64,000 nt of DNA from the IMG/VR virus record IMGVR_UViG_3300017987_000001, positions 62,001 through 126,000 of that record. One strand, written 5' to 3'. Within the stretch, counting starts at the first letter, position 1. Every line of letters starts with the position of its first letter. The notes under the pieces were generated by a model, which saw only the letters and a program-made list of their open reading frames with translations, did not search any database and was not told where the DNA came from. This document shows positions 27,246 to 35,778 of this stretch, in pieces. Made by a program: the position numbers and the translations under genes.

Positions 27246-27803
27246 TCATCTCGGGGCGGACCACTTCGCAGTGATCAGCTCCTTGCCTACGGACAGGATT
27301 TGGAAGCCGAGATCGTCCTGCAGCATCTTCGGAGTCCACTTCGATACGTGGGTCTCGTGCATGTTCCCGAGATACGATCCCTGCCTTGCCGGGCTGACCG
27401 GCGTAGACAGCAGAATTTCGCCTGCGCGCGTCTGCAGTCCTTGAATCATCCAGCGCGCGCCCGCGACCTTGAGATGCTCTATTATATCACCAAGGAACAT
27501 GAGATCATAGTGCGGCCACAACTCATCCGGCCAGCCAACAACCGCGTCGAGGATGTTCGTGATAACGATCGTGTTGTAGACGTACTTGTGCACTGGCGTA
27601 ATGTAGTCGGACCACACATCAATCGCGTCGATGCAAACCTGCCACGTATTCCGATGGTAGCGCCCCCGCATGCGATCGAGCACATCCCGGAAAAGCAGCC
27701 CATAGCTCCCAGAGCCACAGCCGATGTCAAGCACATGCTGAGGCCGAAGGCGCTGCACGCGAGAGACGATCAGGTGGGTATTCTCGGAGCTATGAATTGG
27801 CAT
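27246..27803 (-). CDS. Class I SAM-dependent methyltransferase (185 aa)
   Basis: VLDIGCGSGSYG motif I; YDLMFLGDIIEHL. Confidence 0.9.
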   Translation of the reverse strand: MPIHSSENTHLIVSRVQRLRPQHVLDIGCGSGSYGLLFRDVLDRMRGRYHRNTWQVCIDAIDVWSDYITPVHKYVYNTIVITNILDAVVGWPDELWPHYDLMFLGDIIEHLKVAGARWMIQGLQTRAGEILLSTPVSPARQGSYLGNMHETHVSKWTPKMLQDDLGFQILSVGKELITAKWSAPR

Positions 27804-28542
27804 CTTCAGCTTGCTCCACTGGATGGGTTACATGAACAGAGTCGTGCTCCGGTACGCGCGCGATCTCCTGCTCCCACACTACCTCGAACGGCTTGTACGG
27901 TACCAGTTTGTTCAATCGCGACCTCGGCGTGCACGAAATCAGCTCGAAGTTCGCTTCTGGGGCATACCGTAGTATCTTCGACATCTGCCGAAGAGCAAGG
28001 TTGTAGGTGTTCTTATTCCAGTCGAGCTTCGCGGCATCCATATCAGACGGAAAGCCGTACGGATCGTCCGGGTTGATGTCGAAGCCGCAACCCACCGTGT
28101 AGACGGTGCGGAAGCCAAGCCGATAAAGTACCTGCACCGCAGCCGTGAAGACGTTCTTCCACCAGCCAATGTACTTCCCGCGCACGAAGAAGTTCTTATA
28201 AAGCATGTCCTTCTGATGCGGGAAGAAATACGTGTTCGGCAGCGCGCGCCACTTGGTCCCGGCAATCTCGCAGCCCATGCGGTTGTGCTGTGCAAACTTC
28301 ATGATCGATGGGTTCCGAAGGATCGACTCCGAGTAGTTCGTCGCGCGATCGCAGCCAATCCAGAGCGTCGGCTTGAAGGTCACCCCTACATTATTCATGG
28401 CCATCGTCACGATATTCGGGTGGACGAGCGACGGAGCGATCTCACGATGCTGCGGCCCGCCGCCAACAAGAAAGCACGCTCCGCTAAAGAGATTGTCGAG
28501 GTCGGTCGCCGACCGTCGCAGTCCGATGTATCGATAGAACAC
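27790..28542 (-). CDS. DUF115/MAF-like (GT42 sialyltransferase-fold) sugar transferase (250 aa)
   Basis: CFLVGGGP, TMAMNN, AVQVLYRLGFRTVYTVGCGF pattern. Confidence 0.65.
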   Translation of the reverse strand: MFYRYIGLRRSATDLDNLFSGACFLVGGGPQHREIAPSLVHPNIVTMAMNNVGVTFKPTLWIGCDRATNYSESILRNPSIMKFAQHNRMGCEIAGTKWRALPNTYFFPHQKDMLYKNFFVRGKYIGWWKNVFTAAVQVLYRLGFRTVYTVGCGFDINPDDPYGFPSDMDAAKLDWNKNTYNLALRQMSKILRYAPEANFELISCTPRSRLNKLVPYKPFEVVWEQEIARVPEHDSVHVTHPVEQAEDANS

Positions 28543-29573
28543 TAGAGCACTCCCATCAGGCCCTTGACAATGAACGGATCCAGCTCGCGGCGAAGGCGCT
28601 CATAGCCAAACAGCTTAATCGCCTTTTCGCGTGCGCGCATGCCCATCTCGTGACGCTTGCGTGGGAAGCGCACCAGCTTGGACAGCTTCGCGACAAAGTC
28701 CTCCGTTGAGTCACAGACATACCCATCTTCGTCGTCTTCGATCTGCTCAGCAGGTCCGCCACGGTTCTCGACAACACACGGGATTCCCGACGCCATAGCC
28801 TCGCTGACGGTGCGGCACCATGTTTCGGGCATGGAGGGATCATTGATGTAGAGCATGACGTCCATGCCCGCGAGCATATCGGGTACCGGCATCGACATCT
28901 CTTTGATGAAGGAGAGACGCGGGACGCGCAGCTCGCGCAAGGAGTTGTGGCGCCCGCCACCGACGACCTGAAACGAGGTGCTCCCGTACTCCTTGCCAAT
29001 CTCGCGCATGACGTCATAGAGTTGCTTCGGGTACTTCTTCGAATTCCACGCCGAGCAGACCTTGCCAATCACGCAGTCCGTGTGCATCTCACGTGGAATC
29101 GCCGAGTAGGGTGCCGTGTTGATGACGGGCGGGCACAGCACGACATTTCGCATAACCCCGAGAAATCTCGCGAACTTGTCCTTCACGAACTTCGACACGA
29201 AGACATCAGCACCGGATGGGAAGATGGGGTTGGTTACCGCATGGTGAAAGAAGATGACCGGCCACTCCTCCAGCCAGTTGTACGGTGGCCCAAGCACCTT
29301 CTTGCCCTCGATCGAGTTCAAACAAACGATCGCCGGGTTGATCTCCTTGAGTAGCCCGGGCGTGAGCATCTCGACCTTGGCGATCTCACAACCGTGTGTG
29401 AGACGCCACTCGTCCATCATCTGAAAGTTCTCGCCACCGAAGTGCGCCTGATCGTACAGGTAGACGACGACGTGATGGAACTCGGGGTATGCCGAGATCA
29501 TGTCGTACATGAACATCGGCACACCGCCCTGCCAAAAGAAGTTGTTGGCATGCAGCATGACGTTGCTACGCAA
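28542..29573 (-). CDS. Glycosyltransferase family 4 (343 aa)
   Basis: TTG start after GAGGAGG; ETWCRTVSEAMASGIPCVV..GGPAEQI ExxxxxxxE motif. Confidence 0.9.
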   Translation of the reverse strand: MRSNVMLHANNFFWQGGVPMFMYDMISAYPEFHHVVVYLYDQAHFGGENFQMMDEWRLTHGCEIAKVEMLTPGLLKEINPAIVCLNSIEGKKVLGPPYNWLEEWPVIFFHHAVTNPIFPSGADVFVSKFVKDKFARFLGVMRNVVLCPPVINTAPYSAIPREMHTDCVIGKVCSAWNSKKYPKQLYDVMREIGKEYGSTSFQVVGGGRHNSLRELRVPRLSFIKEMSMPVPDMLAGMDVMLYINDPSMPETWCRTVSEAMASGIPCVVENRGGPAEQIEDDEDGYVCDSTEDFVAKLSKLVRFPRKRHEMGMRAREKAIKLFGYERLRRELDPFIVKGLMGVL

Positions 29574-29632
29574 TCGTGTCCTCCTCGCGGCACAGACTGC
29601 AAGCATTGAATGCGACCTAAATTGGTATAGGG

Positions 29633-29661
29633 AGTATGACGCAGCTACTGAAGAATTGCAA
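29633..29661 (-). promoter_or_regulatory. Promoter candidate TTGCAA-N17-CATACT for the glyco-cassette
   Basis: 17-nt spacing in AT-richer intergenic DNA. Confidence 0.45.
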
Positions 29662-29698
29662 CGTCGAAGTTACGCCCCGTAATAGTCGAACTGGAACT

Positions 29699-29740
29699 CC
29701 GCTGGAGGCGCACATCGCAAGAGCGGGCTAGTAGTCGTAA
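29699..29740. repeat. 42-bp direct repeat, copy B (includes the end of the sulfotransferase-like gene)
   Basis: Identical to 27182-27223. Confidence 0.95.
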
Positions 29741-30309
29741 CCATAGCGCTCCGCCATCTGCATGATCTCAGTACAGAGTGCCTCGTCCTGCGCCTGCAGG
29801 TCGAGCCACGTCACCTTTCGGTACCCGGCGTGATGCCGACGCGTGTTCGTATCATTTGGTACCTTGCTGAGTGCGCCGTAGTTGGGGAGTAGCCCGAGGA
29901 GTTCGCAGAGCTTTTCGAGATCCATCGAAAGATCCTCGATACGGAAGCGCACGCTGGCCTTCGCCTCAGCCATCTTGTTCCACTCGACCCAGTACTGCAT
30001 GCCCTGCAACAGGCGCGGAGAATCAGGACTGATGCTCGGCGCGTGCTTGTAGATGTACTCCCACGACGGATTGCCAAGTGTCCATAGGGAGGCAATCACG
30101 CGCACCGGGTGGCGCACCTGATGAATGACGAAATACTTCGTCGGGTCGACAATCGGCGCGAGATACCAGCTGACGTTCCCGGCCGGTTTCGGATCGTTGG
30201 TACGTGCGGTCTCATGCCCGATATTCAGGCCAAGCTGCCGAAGCACGCGCGTGATGTAGAGCGTTCCGCTACGGCCGCATCCAGTGATTGCTATCTGTCG
30301 ATCGTACAT
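29728..30309 (-). CDS. Sulfotransferase-like P-loop protein (193 aa)
   Basis: ITGCGRSGTLY 5'-PSB loop, IHQVRHP..VIAS 3'-PB motif, RFRIEDL, C-terminal ERYGY. Confidence 0.8.
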   Translation of the reverse strand: MYDRQIAITGCGRSGTLYITRVLRQLGLNIGHETARTNDPKPAGNVSWYLAPIVDPTKYFVIHQVRHPVRVIASLWTLGNPSWEYIYKHAPSISPDSPRLLQGMQYWVEWNKMAEAKASVRFRIEDLSMDLEKLCELLGLLPNYGALSKVPNDTNTRRHHAGYRKVTWLDLQAQDEALCTEIMQMAERYGYDY

Positions 30310-30350
30310 TCAAACCTCCTGCGTCGTAATCATAACCCGATCCGTTGACG

Positions 30351-31367
30351 TTACGCCCCGAAGTAGTCGATGTGAACTGTCGTCTTCCACGGAAGACCAA
30401 GCAGCGGGAAGCCGGGGATACCAGCAAGCTCCATCTGCATGTGAAATTCGCTATCGCCCGACACGTCAGCATACCCTCTCGTCGAGTTCTGCGCCCAGTC
30501 GATGATACCTGTGACTTCGTCGTTGATCTGATAGCCGCCCACCTTGGCTATCGGTGTTTTGAAGACCCACCGCGTCCAACCAGATGACGGTGTGTTCGGC
30601 TGAATTGAATCGATAATGTGGTACTCTCTGTTGTTAGCGGCGTCGGCTAGCCAAGCACCGTAGCTGTTCGGATAGGCGAAGCCCACGTTGATATCGACGT
30701 AGTTCTGGCCCTGTGGCGCAGCCGCACCCAACTGGTAGACGCGACAATTCCCGCTCATTGAAAGTCGTATCCACCCGTTGACCGCATCGTAGTCCGCATC
30801 GAGATTGCCCTGCACAAAGTCGTCCCTCTGATACAGGTGCAAGTTAATCTGCTGGTCTATGCGAACACCAAATAACCCGCCGCTGTACGGCTCAAACGCC
30901 CAGAACGCCCGAGTGACCATCCGGCACTGTGATTGCGGACCGACTGACAGATTCGTGGTGGCTGCCGCGCCGGTGGGATCACTAATAAGGTAATTCCCGT
31001 AGTGAAGTCCAAGTCCGCCACCCCCGCCGCCGCCATCGGCTGGCGCCCACGAGCTTCCGTTCCACGTTAGCACCTGCCCGTTGGATGGAGCAGTCGCAAG
31101 CACAGGCCGCGCCTGCAGCTGATCAGCGTTATGTGTCGGCGTTCCTTCGATGTGCTCGGCTTCGACAACCCACGCCGATCCGTTGTACCGCTTGACCTTC
31201 AGATTCCCGACATCGGTCGTGTCGAGCCACGTGTAGCCAGCCTCGGGGGCTGGAGGCTCCGTCGTTCCCGCATGATCTGTAGCCAGCGCATTGAAGTTGT
31301 CGCGAACTTCCTTCGCGTCGGCTTCGGTATCTTCGACTGGCTTGGTCTTGTCGAAGGTCATTTCCAC
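30351..31367 (-). CDS. Short tail/head fibre protein (338 aa)
   Basis: N-terminal VRDNFNALAT..PEAGYTWLDTT..YNGSAW and NGQVLTWNGSSWAP fibre motifs, poly-Gly linker, C-terminal head domain. Confidence 0.7.
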   Translation of the reverse strand: MEMTFDKTKPVEDTEADAKEVRDNFNALATDHAGTTEPPAPEAGYTWLDTTDVGNLKVKRYNGSAWVVEAEHIEGTPTHNADQLQARPVLATAPSNGQVLTWNGSSWAPADGGGGGGGLGLHYGNYLISDPTGAAATTNLSVGPQSQCRMVTRAFWAFEPYSGGLFGVRIDQQINLHLYQRDDFVQGNLDADYDAVNGWIRLSMSGNCRVYQLGAAAPQGQNYVDINVGFAYPNSYGAWLADAANNREYHIIDSIQPNTPSSGWTRWVFKTPIAKVGGYQINDEVTGIIDWAQNSTRGYADVSGDSEFHMQMELAGIPGFPLLGLPWKTTVHIDYFGA

Positions 31368-31624
31368 TTCGCTCCGCTATTCCACTTGGCCCCGGAGTTC
31401 CACACGAGCGTCTCAGGCGTCAGGCTGGATTCAGAGGACGAACTCGACGAAGATGATGACGGAGGCTCTGGTATCCACACGTTCGGGTAGATCTCCACCA
31501 GCTCGGGAAGCGTACGGTGCGGGCGGGCGTTGTACGCTAGATCGGAAGGGACGATCGACGCATCCTGCCCAGCGTCGAGCACGCGCTTCTTTCGCTGCAG
31601 GTAAAGGTCGGACGACTCACTCAT
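31358..31624 (-). CDS. Small poly-Ser protein (88 aa)
   Basis: Overlap-coupled to both neighbours; PPSSSSSSSSSESS and WNSGAKWNSGAKWK. Confidence 0.65.
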   Translation of the reverse strand: MSESSDLYLQRKKRVLDAGQDASIVPSDLAYNARPHRTLPELVEIYPNVWIPEPPSSSSSSSSSESSLTPETLVWNSGAKWNSGAKWK

Positions 31625-31974
31625 CGCACTTCCTTCTCCCGCAGAACGGCGAGCGCCGCCTCGACAACCCCCTTCAGTTCACACGTGGTCTTCGCATTCT
31701 CGGTCAGCTGCTCGGTCAAGTAGTCGAGGCGCTTCCACTGATCCTTCACGTTATGATCGACCGTTTGTGCCACCTTGTCGAGCTTCTCGTCCATGCGCGC
31801 AACTATACCGCCGATCCGCCCTACGCTCTGGTTGGTCTCGTCGACGCGCTTGTCGAATGTGGCTTGTCGCGACAGGATATACCCAAGTACGACCGCAAGA
31901 ATTGTGCCCATGATTGCAAGCATGGCAAGCATGACCTGCATGCCTTCAGACATCTCGGCAAGCACATAGATCAT
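31621..31974 (-). CDS. Membrane-anchored coiled-coil protein, holin/XhlA-like (117 aa)
   Basis: One N-terminal transmembrane helix followed by a coiled coil. Confidence 0.5.
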   Translation of the reverse strand: MIYVLAEMSEGMQVMLAMLAIMGTILAVVLGYILSRQATFDKRVDETNQSVGRIGGIVARMDEKLDKVAQTVDHNVKDQWKRLDYLTEQLTENAKTTCELKGVVEAALAVLREKEVR

Positions 31975-32429
31975 TTCTGCTCCGGCGCCGGGGGTGCGCT
32001 CTCGGGGTTGCGCTTCGAAATCCTCGGATCGTTGCGCAGATCAAGTTGGATGCCGTGTTCCTTTGCATGCAGTTCGAGCGCATCAACATCCATTCGGATC
32101 GGTGCGGTGTTGAAGAAGTTCCTCTTGGTCTTGTCGATGGTCCGGAAGTGCCACCAGCGCATCAGCAGATACGTGGTCAGCATACCAAGTCCGAAGATGA
32201 CGGTCTTGTACACGAGGATGTTCTCCCAGATCCACACACCCATGCGCGAGATGACCCCACTGCACTCTTGGTTGATCTCGACCAAAAGCACGCCGACGAG
32301 CGCCGCAATCAGCGCAATGCGAATTGACGCCTCACCTGCGGGCTGTACCGCCTTGTAGAGCTTGCTCGCACCTCGGTACATTTTTCGGGTCAAGGTTTCT
32401 CCAACTTGGCTCTGAATCTCTGTGCTCAC
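31971..32429 (-). CDS. Two-helix membrane protein (152 aa)
   Basis: GTG start with GAGGAG RBS; two hydrophobic segments. Confidence 0.6.
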   Translation of the reverse strand: MSTEIQSQVGETLTRKMYRGASKLYKAVQPAGEASIRIALIAALVGVLLVEINQECSGVISRMGVWIWENILVYKTVIFGLGMLTTYLLMRWWHFRTIDKTKRNFFNTAPIRMDVDALELHAKEHGIQLDLRNDPRISKRNPESAPPAPEQK

Positions 32430-32492
32430 GGGCCTTCTCCTCGATAATACCCTGCGCAGTCCAAATCCACCAGCCCGCAACCAATCTTCTCA

Positions 32493-32789
32493 TCACGGCA
32501 TCTGTGGTTTGCGCAGCTGCTCCTGCACGCGCTCCTGCATGTGCTTCAGCTCATCACGCTTGACCTTGAGGTCGGCAATCTGCCTGTCCAAGCTCGCCAC
32601 GAGCTTGTCACGCTGCTGCTCCAGCGCAGTAATCTGCTGGTCAATCATCTTCGCCGGGGTGGATAGGTCAACTTGTGGCATCTGGAAGTTGCCAGCCATC
32701 AACCCGCCCGCCGCCAGCCCCGCAACGCCGGGCATGGACGCAGCACGTGCTTCTGCCCGCGACTTCTCCCTACCGGTTCTCCTCGACAT
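32493..32789 (-). CDS. Small coiled-coil protein (98 aa), possible fibre chaperone
   Basis: GGAGGAG RBS before ATG 32789; strong heptad pattern. Confidence 0.6.
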   Translation of the reverse strand: MSRRTGREKSRAEARAASMPGVAGLAAGGLMAGNFQMPQVDLSTPAKMIDQQITALEQQRDKLVASLDRQIADLKVKRDELKHMQERVQEQLRKPQMP

Positions 32790-32803
32790 GTGCTCCTCCA
32801 TTA

Positions 32804-33016
32804 CTACTTCACATCCCGCCAGCGGACGCGCACCTCGACGCGGACCTCCGCGACCTTCCCGGCCGGAACAGCCTCCGGGAGCTGGAACGCGATCACCCGC
32901 TGCCCCTCGACCAGCTCGAAGCGCTCCTCCGACTGCGGCACTGCGAAGACCTTCCGATCTTCCAGATTGATCTTCTTGTCTGCACTGACGTCAATCTTCT
33001 GCGGTTCGAGCGCCAT
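32804..33016 (-). CDS. Hypothetical protein (70 aa)
   Basis: AAGGA RBS; co-oriented with the operon. Confidence 0.6.
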   Translation of the reverse strand: MALEPQKIDVSADKKINLEDRKVFAVPQSEERFELVEGQRVIAFQLPEAVPAGKVAEVRVEVRVRWRDVK

Positions 33017-33086
33017 GGTACTAATCCTTTCTCAGCAGCTATCTACTTATTGACCCCAAATCCTCAACGTACTTCGTGCCGCGCTC

Positions 33087-34718
33087 CTACGCAGACGGTG
33101 CGCCGTACCTGTACGGGTGCGTCGATGGAAGACTAGATTCAAGTCCCCACTTCCACGCAAGATATCCTTCAAGCAACTGTCGCGTTGCCGTCGTGACGGT
33201 CCCGTTGATGATTATGACTTCGCCCAAGTCGAACCCTTGGAAGTCGACCTCTCCTGTACCGATCAGTATGTTGGCAACCGGAGCAACTGAGTGTCCCGTC
33301 GCATCCCCTGCCAAAAGTGCTCCATCAATGTAGATCTGCTGCACGTCGTCTGTCGTGCTACAGTAGAATGACGCTATGTGGATCTCATTGTCCGACCATC
33401 CCGATGCCGCTTGGACACGATTATCTCCCCCATTTTCCGCAACGTCGAAATAGATTATTCCATCAGACCAAGGCAAGTGCGCCTGCCAGCGGCTCGTGTC
33501 GGTGTCTTCCTCGCCCGTCAGAGAGAACGCAGTGCCTTGAGTCGATACGTCCCTGCTCCGCTGCACCATGATCACGAATGCGTCAGTGATCGACGCACCG
33601 AACGGATTGCGTCCGGTCTGCATGAAATCGTTGGAACCGTCGAAATACAGAGCGTTGAGACCCCCGATGGTGACTGAACCAGTGACAGGCTGGTCTGCTG
33701 CTGTGGTCTGTTCAAGATTGAGCACATTGCCCGACTTGTCGTCCCACTGGCTGACCGATCCTGCCGCATCTGTGATCGTGTCTTCATCAGAGGCATCGCA
33801 CCACAACTGCGTCGTGATGTCTGCTGGACTCCAAAGCGTTGTGGTGGGTGCGCCCCACTTGTACGGATGGTCAGCCGGGAGGTTGTCCTCAAGTCCCCAC
33901 TTCCACGCGAGGTAGCCTTCGATCAGTTGTCGTGTTGCTGTGTCTATATCGTGGACGATAATCACCTCGCCGAGTATACCATCAAACGCTCGACTGCTAC
34001 CAGTATCCGCAACGCGCCCAATGATGAACGTATCACACGTTCTGTTGTCTGTGGTGACTACGAGGACGGCAGTGTCCTGCTGCGTGCCGTCTGCCCATAC
34101 CTCCACATATTCTTGTGCGTCACTGGTACGATCCAGAAGCCCCATCTGCACATATGGCGTACCCGTGGCTAATGTGCCACCCTCTGCTTTGACGGAAGCC
34201 GAACCGTCGTCTACCATTGCGAAGAATTGGCCCCCTTCAAACGTGGACCCGATGTGGCACTCCAAGACATTATCGCCACCATAGCCGTTGTATTGGGAGT
34301 TAGCTACTCGCCCACCGCTATCACTGAAGTACGTGACGATCTGCGAGACACTTGAATCGTACTCAGCCACCACGAATACAAACGTCTCTTGGTTGTCGGG
34401 CAGCAATACCGCACCGCCGCTCGTGTTTATCAAGTGGTCAGCACTGAAGTCCAATACATTTAACCCGCCAATCGTCCGTGAACCCGTTTCAGGTTGCTCG
34501 CTGCCGGTCCCTTGAGTCAAATGGTAGTCATTCCCTGACTTGTCGTCCCACTGACTGACTGCGCCACCAGACTCTGCGATCGTGTCCTCGTCGGCAGCAT
34601 CATACCACGCCTCCGTACTGATCTCTGCCGGTGTCCACAACTGCGCCTTCCTTATTGCGGACACGTTGGACATCCACGGCCAGTGATTCTTGAACCTGTG
34701 CGCGGCTGGAAGACTCAC
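33087..34718 (-). CDS. Tandem two-domain LamG/ConA-like lectin protein (543 aa)
   Basis: GTG start overlapping the upstream TGA; two copies of W.DA.DEDTI...VSQWDDKSGN...EGYLAWKWG. Confidence 0.75.
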   Translation of the reverse strand: MSLPAAHRFKNHWPWMSNVSAIRKAQLWTPAEISTEAWYDAADEDTIAESGGAVSQWDDKSGNDYHLTQGTGSEQPETGSRTIGGLNVLDFSADHLINTSGGAVLLPDNQETFVFVVAEYDSSVSQIVTYFSDSGGRVANSQYNGYGGDNVLECHIGSTFEGGQFFAMVDDGSASVKAEGGTLATGTPYVQMGLLDRTSDAQEYVEVWADGTQQDTAVLVVTTDNRTCDTFIIGRVADTGSSRAFDGILGEVIIVHDIDTATRQLIEGYLAWKWGLEDNLPADHPYKWGAPTTTLWSPADITTQLWCDASDEDTITDAAGSVSQWDDKSGNVLNLEQTTAADQPVTGSVTIGGLNALYFDGSNDFMQTGRNPFGASITDAFVIMVQRSRDVSTQGTAFSLTGEEDTDTSRWQAHLPWSDGIIYFDVAENGGDNRVQAASGWSDNEIHIASFYCSTTDDVQQIYIDGALLAGDATGHSVAPVANILIGTGEVDFQGFDLGEVIIINGTVTTATRQLLEGYLAWKWGLESSLPSTHPYRYGAPSA

Positions 34719-35518
34719 ACCAGACCCCACTTCCACGCAAGATATCCTTCGACCAGCAGACGCTGCTCAGTGGTGATGTCGTGAACGATTACGACCTCGC
34801 CGATCTTACCCTCCATCAGACGATCCAGTGCGCTGTCCGATGAGCCATGACCTCCGACGCAGAAGTATTTAGCGGCAGTGTTGAGCGCGTTGCCCGGTGC
34901 TGTTCTGAGCCACGGGTTGTACGCACCGTCCTTGCCAGCGTAGAGTTCAAGTTTCGTTGTCCGGTTGATTTCGCCACCGTACAGGAACGGCACACCGTTG
35001 GTCTGCGTTGCGGAATATGCATCCTGAAGACCTGTAGTCGTATAGGAACGGTCTTCCGCGATGGCGCGAGTTTGTGCAGCAGCAAAGTCATAATGGCATT
35101 CAAGGTTGTTGCCACCAGCACCGTTGTACGGTGTACCGGATACAAGCCCGCCCGATTGCTGGCTGAAATACGCGATGAAGTTCAGATTCGCAGCAACGTC
35201 AGGCTCCACAACGGCAATCACGAATGTTCTCGTTGCAGTCGGGAACAGGTTGGCAACGTCGGCGTTGTCTCGGAACAGCCTATCCCGATCGAACGTGATG
35301 ACGTTGTATCCGTTGATGGTGTCCGAACCCGTGACCGGCTGCTCAGACGCATCGCTGCGCGAAACGTCAAACCCGTTGCCAGACTTGTCGTCCCACTGAC
35401 TGACCGCGCCGCCCGATTCGGTGATCGTATCCTCGTCGGCAGCATCGAACCACGCCGCCAGAGAAGACCCTAGCTGCTCAGGAGTCCATCCATGCTGGAA
35501 GAGGCTGAGTAGACTCAC
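34715..35518 (-). CDS. Single-domain LamG/ConA-like lectin protein (267 aa)
   Basis: Third copy of the same domain. Confidence 0.75.
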   Translation of the reverse strand: MSLLSLFQHGWTPEQLGSSLAAWFDAADEDTITESGGAVSQWDDKSGNGFDVSRSDASEQPVTGSDTINGYNVITFDRDRLFRDNADVANLFPTATRTFVIAVVEPDVAANLNFIAYFSQQSGGLVSGTPYNGAGGNNLECHYDFAAAQTRAIAEDRSYTTTGLQDAYSATQTNGVPFLYGGEINRTTKLELYAGKDGAYNPWLRTAPGNALNTAAKYFCVGGHGSSDSALDRLMEGKIGEVVIVHDITTEQRLLVEGYLAWKWGLV

Positions 35519-35527
35519 AGCGATTCC

Positions 35528-35770
35528 CTATGGTTCTACCTCGGCCTGAGCGTAGTTCGATGAGTCGTAGTCCTCTACGGTCATCCCAGTGTAATCCTGA
35601 TCTGGGCATACCGTGTACGCCCACTTCCCGTCGAGTCGTTGCCGTGGCGTTGCCCACCGCGTCGTCTGAGCCTGATACTCCGCGCCGGGATGCGTTGCGA
35701 AGTGCGCTTGCAGGTCGAGTGCCTGCTGTGCTTCGGCTTCGGCTTCGGTGTCAAAGACTACTTCCTGCAT
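35528..35770 (-). CDS. Small fibre-associated protein (80 aa)
   Basis: AGGAG RBS; TTRWATP..DGKW motif; follows the tail fibre gene. Confidence 0.6.
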   Translation of the reverse strand: MQEVVFDTEAEAEAQQALDLQAHFATHPGAEYQAQTTRWATPRQRLDGKWAYTVCPDQDYTGMTVEDYDSSNYAQAEVEP

Positions 35771-35778
35771 GATGTCTC

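Noticed and set aside
31621-32429. Complete lysis cassette
   Set aside because: Membrane proteins are holin-like at best; no endolysin or spanin lipobox seen
33087-35518. Diversity-generating retroelement or shufflon behind the lectin repeats
   Set aside because: No reverse transcriptase or invertase in the window; no adenine-specific template/variable pair; repeats are direct and coding
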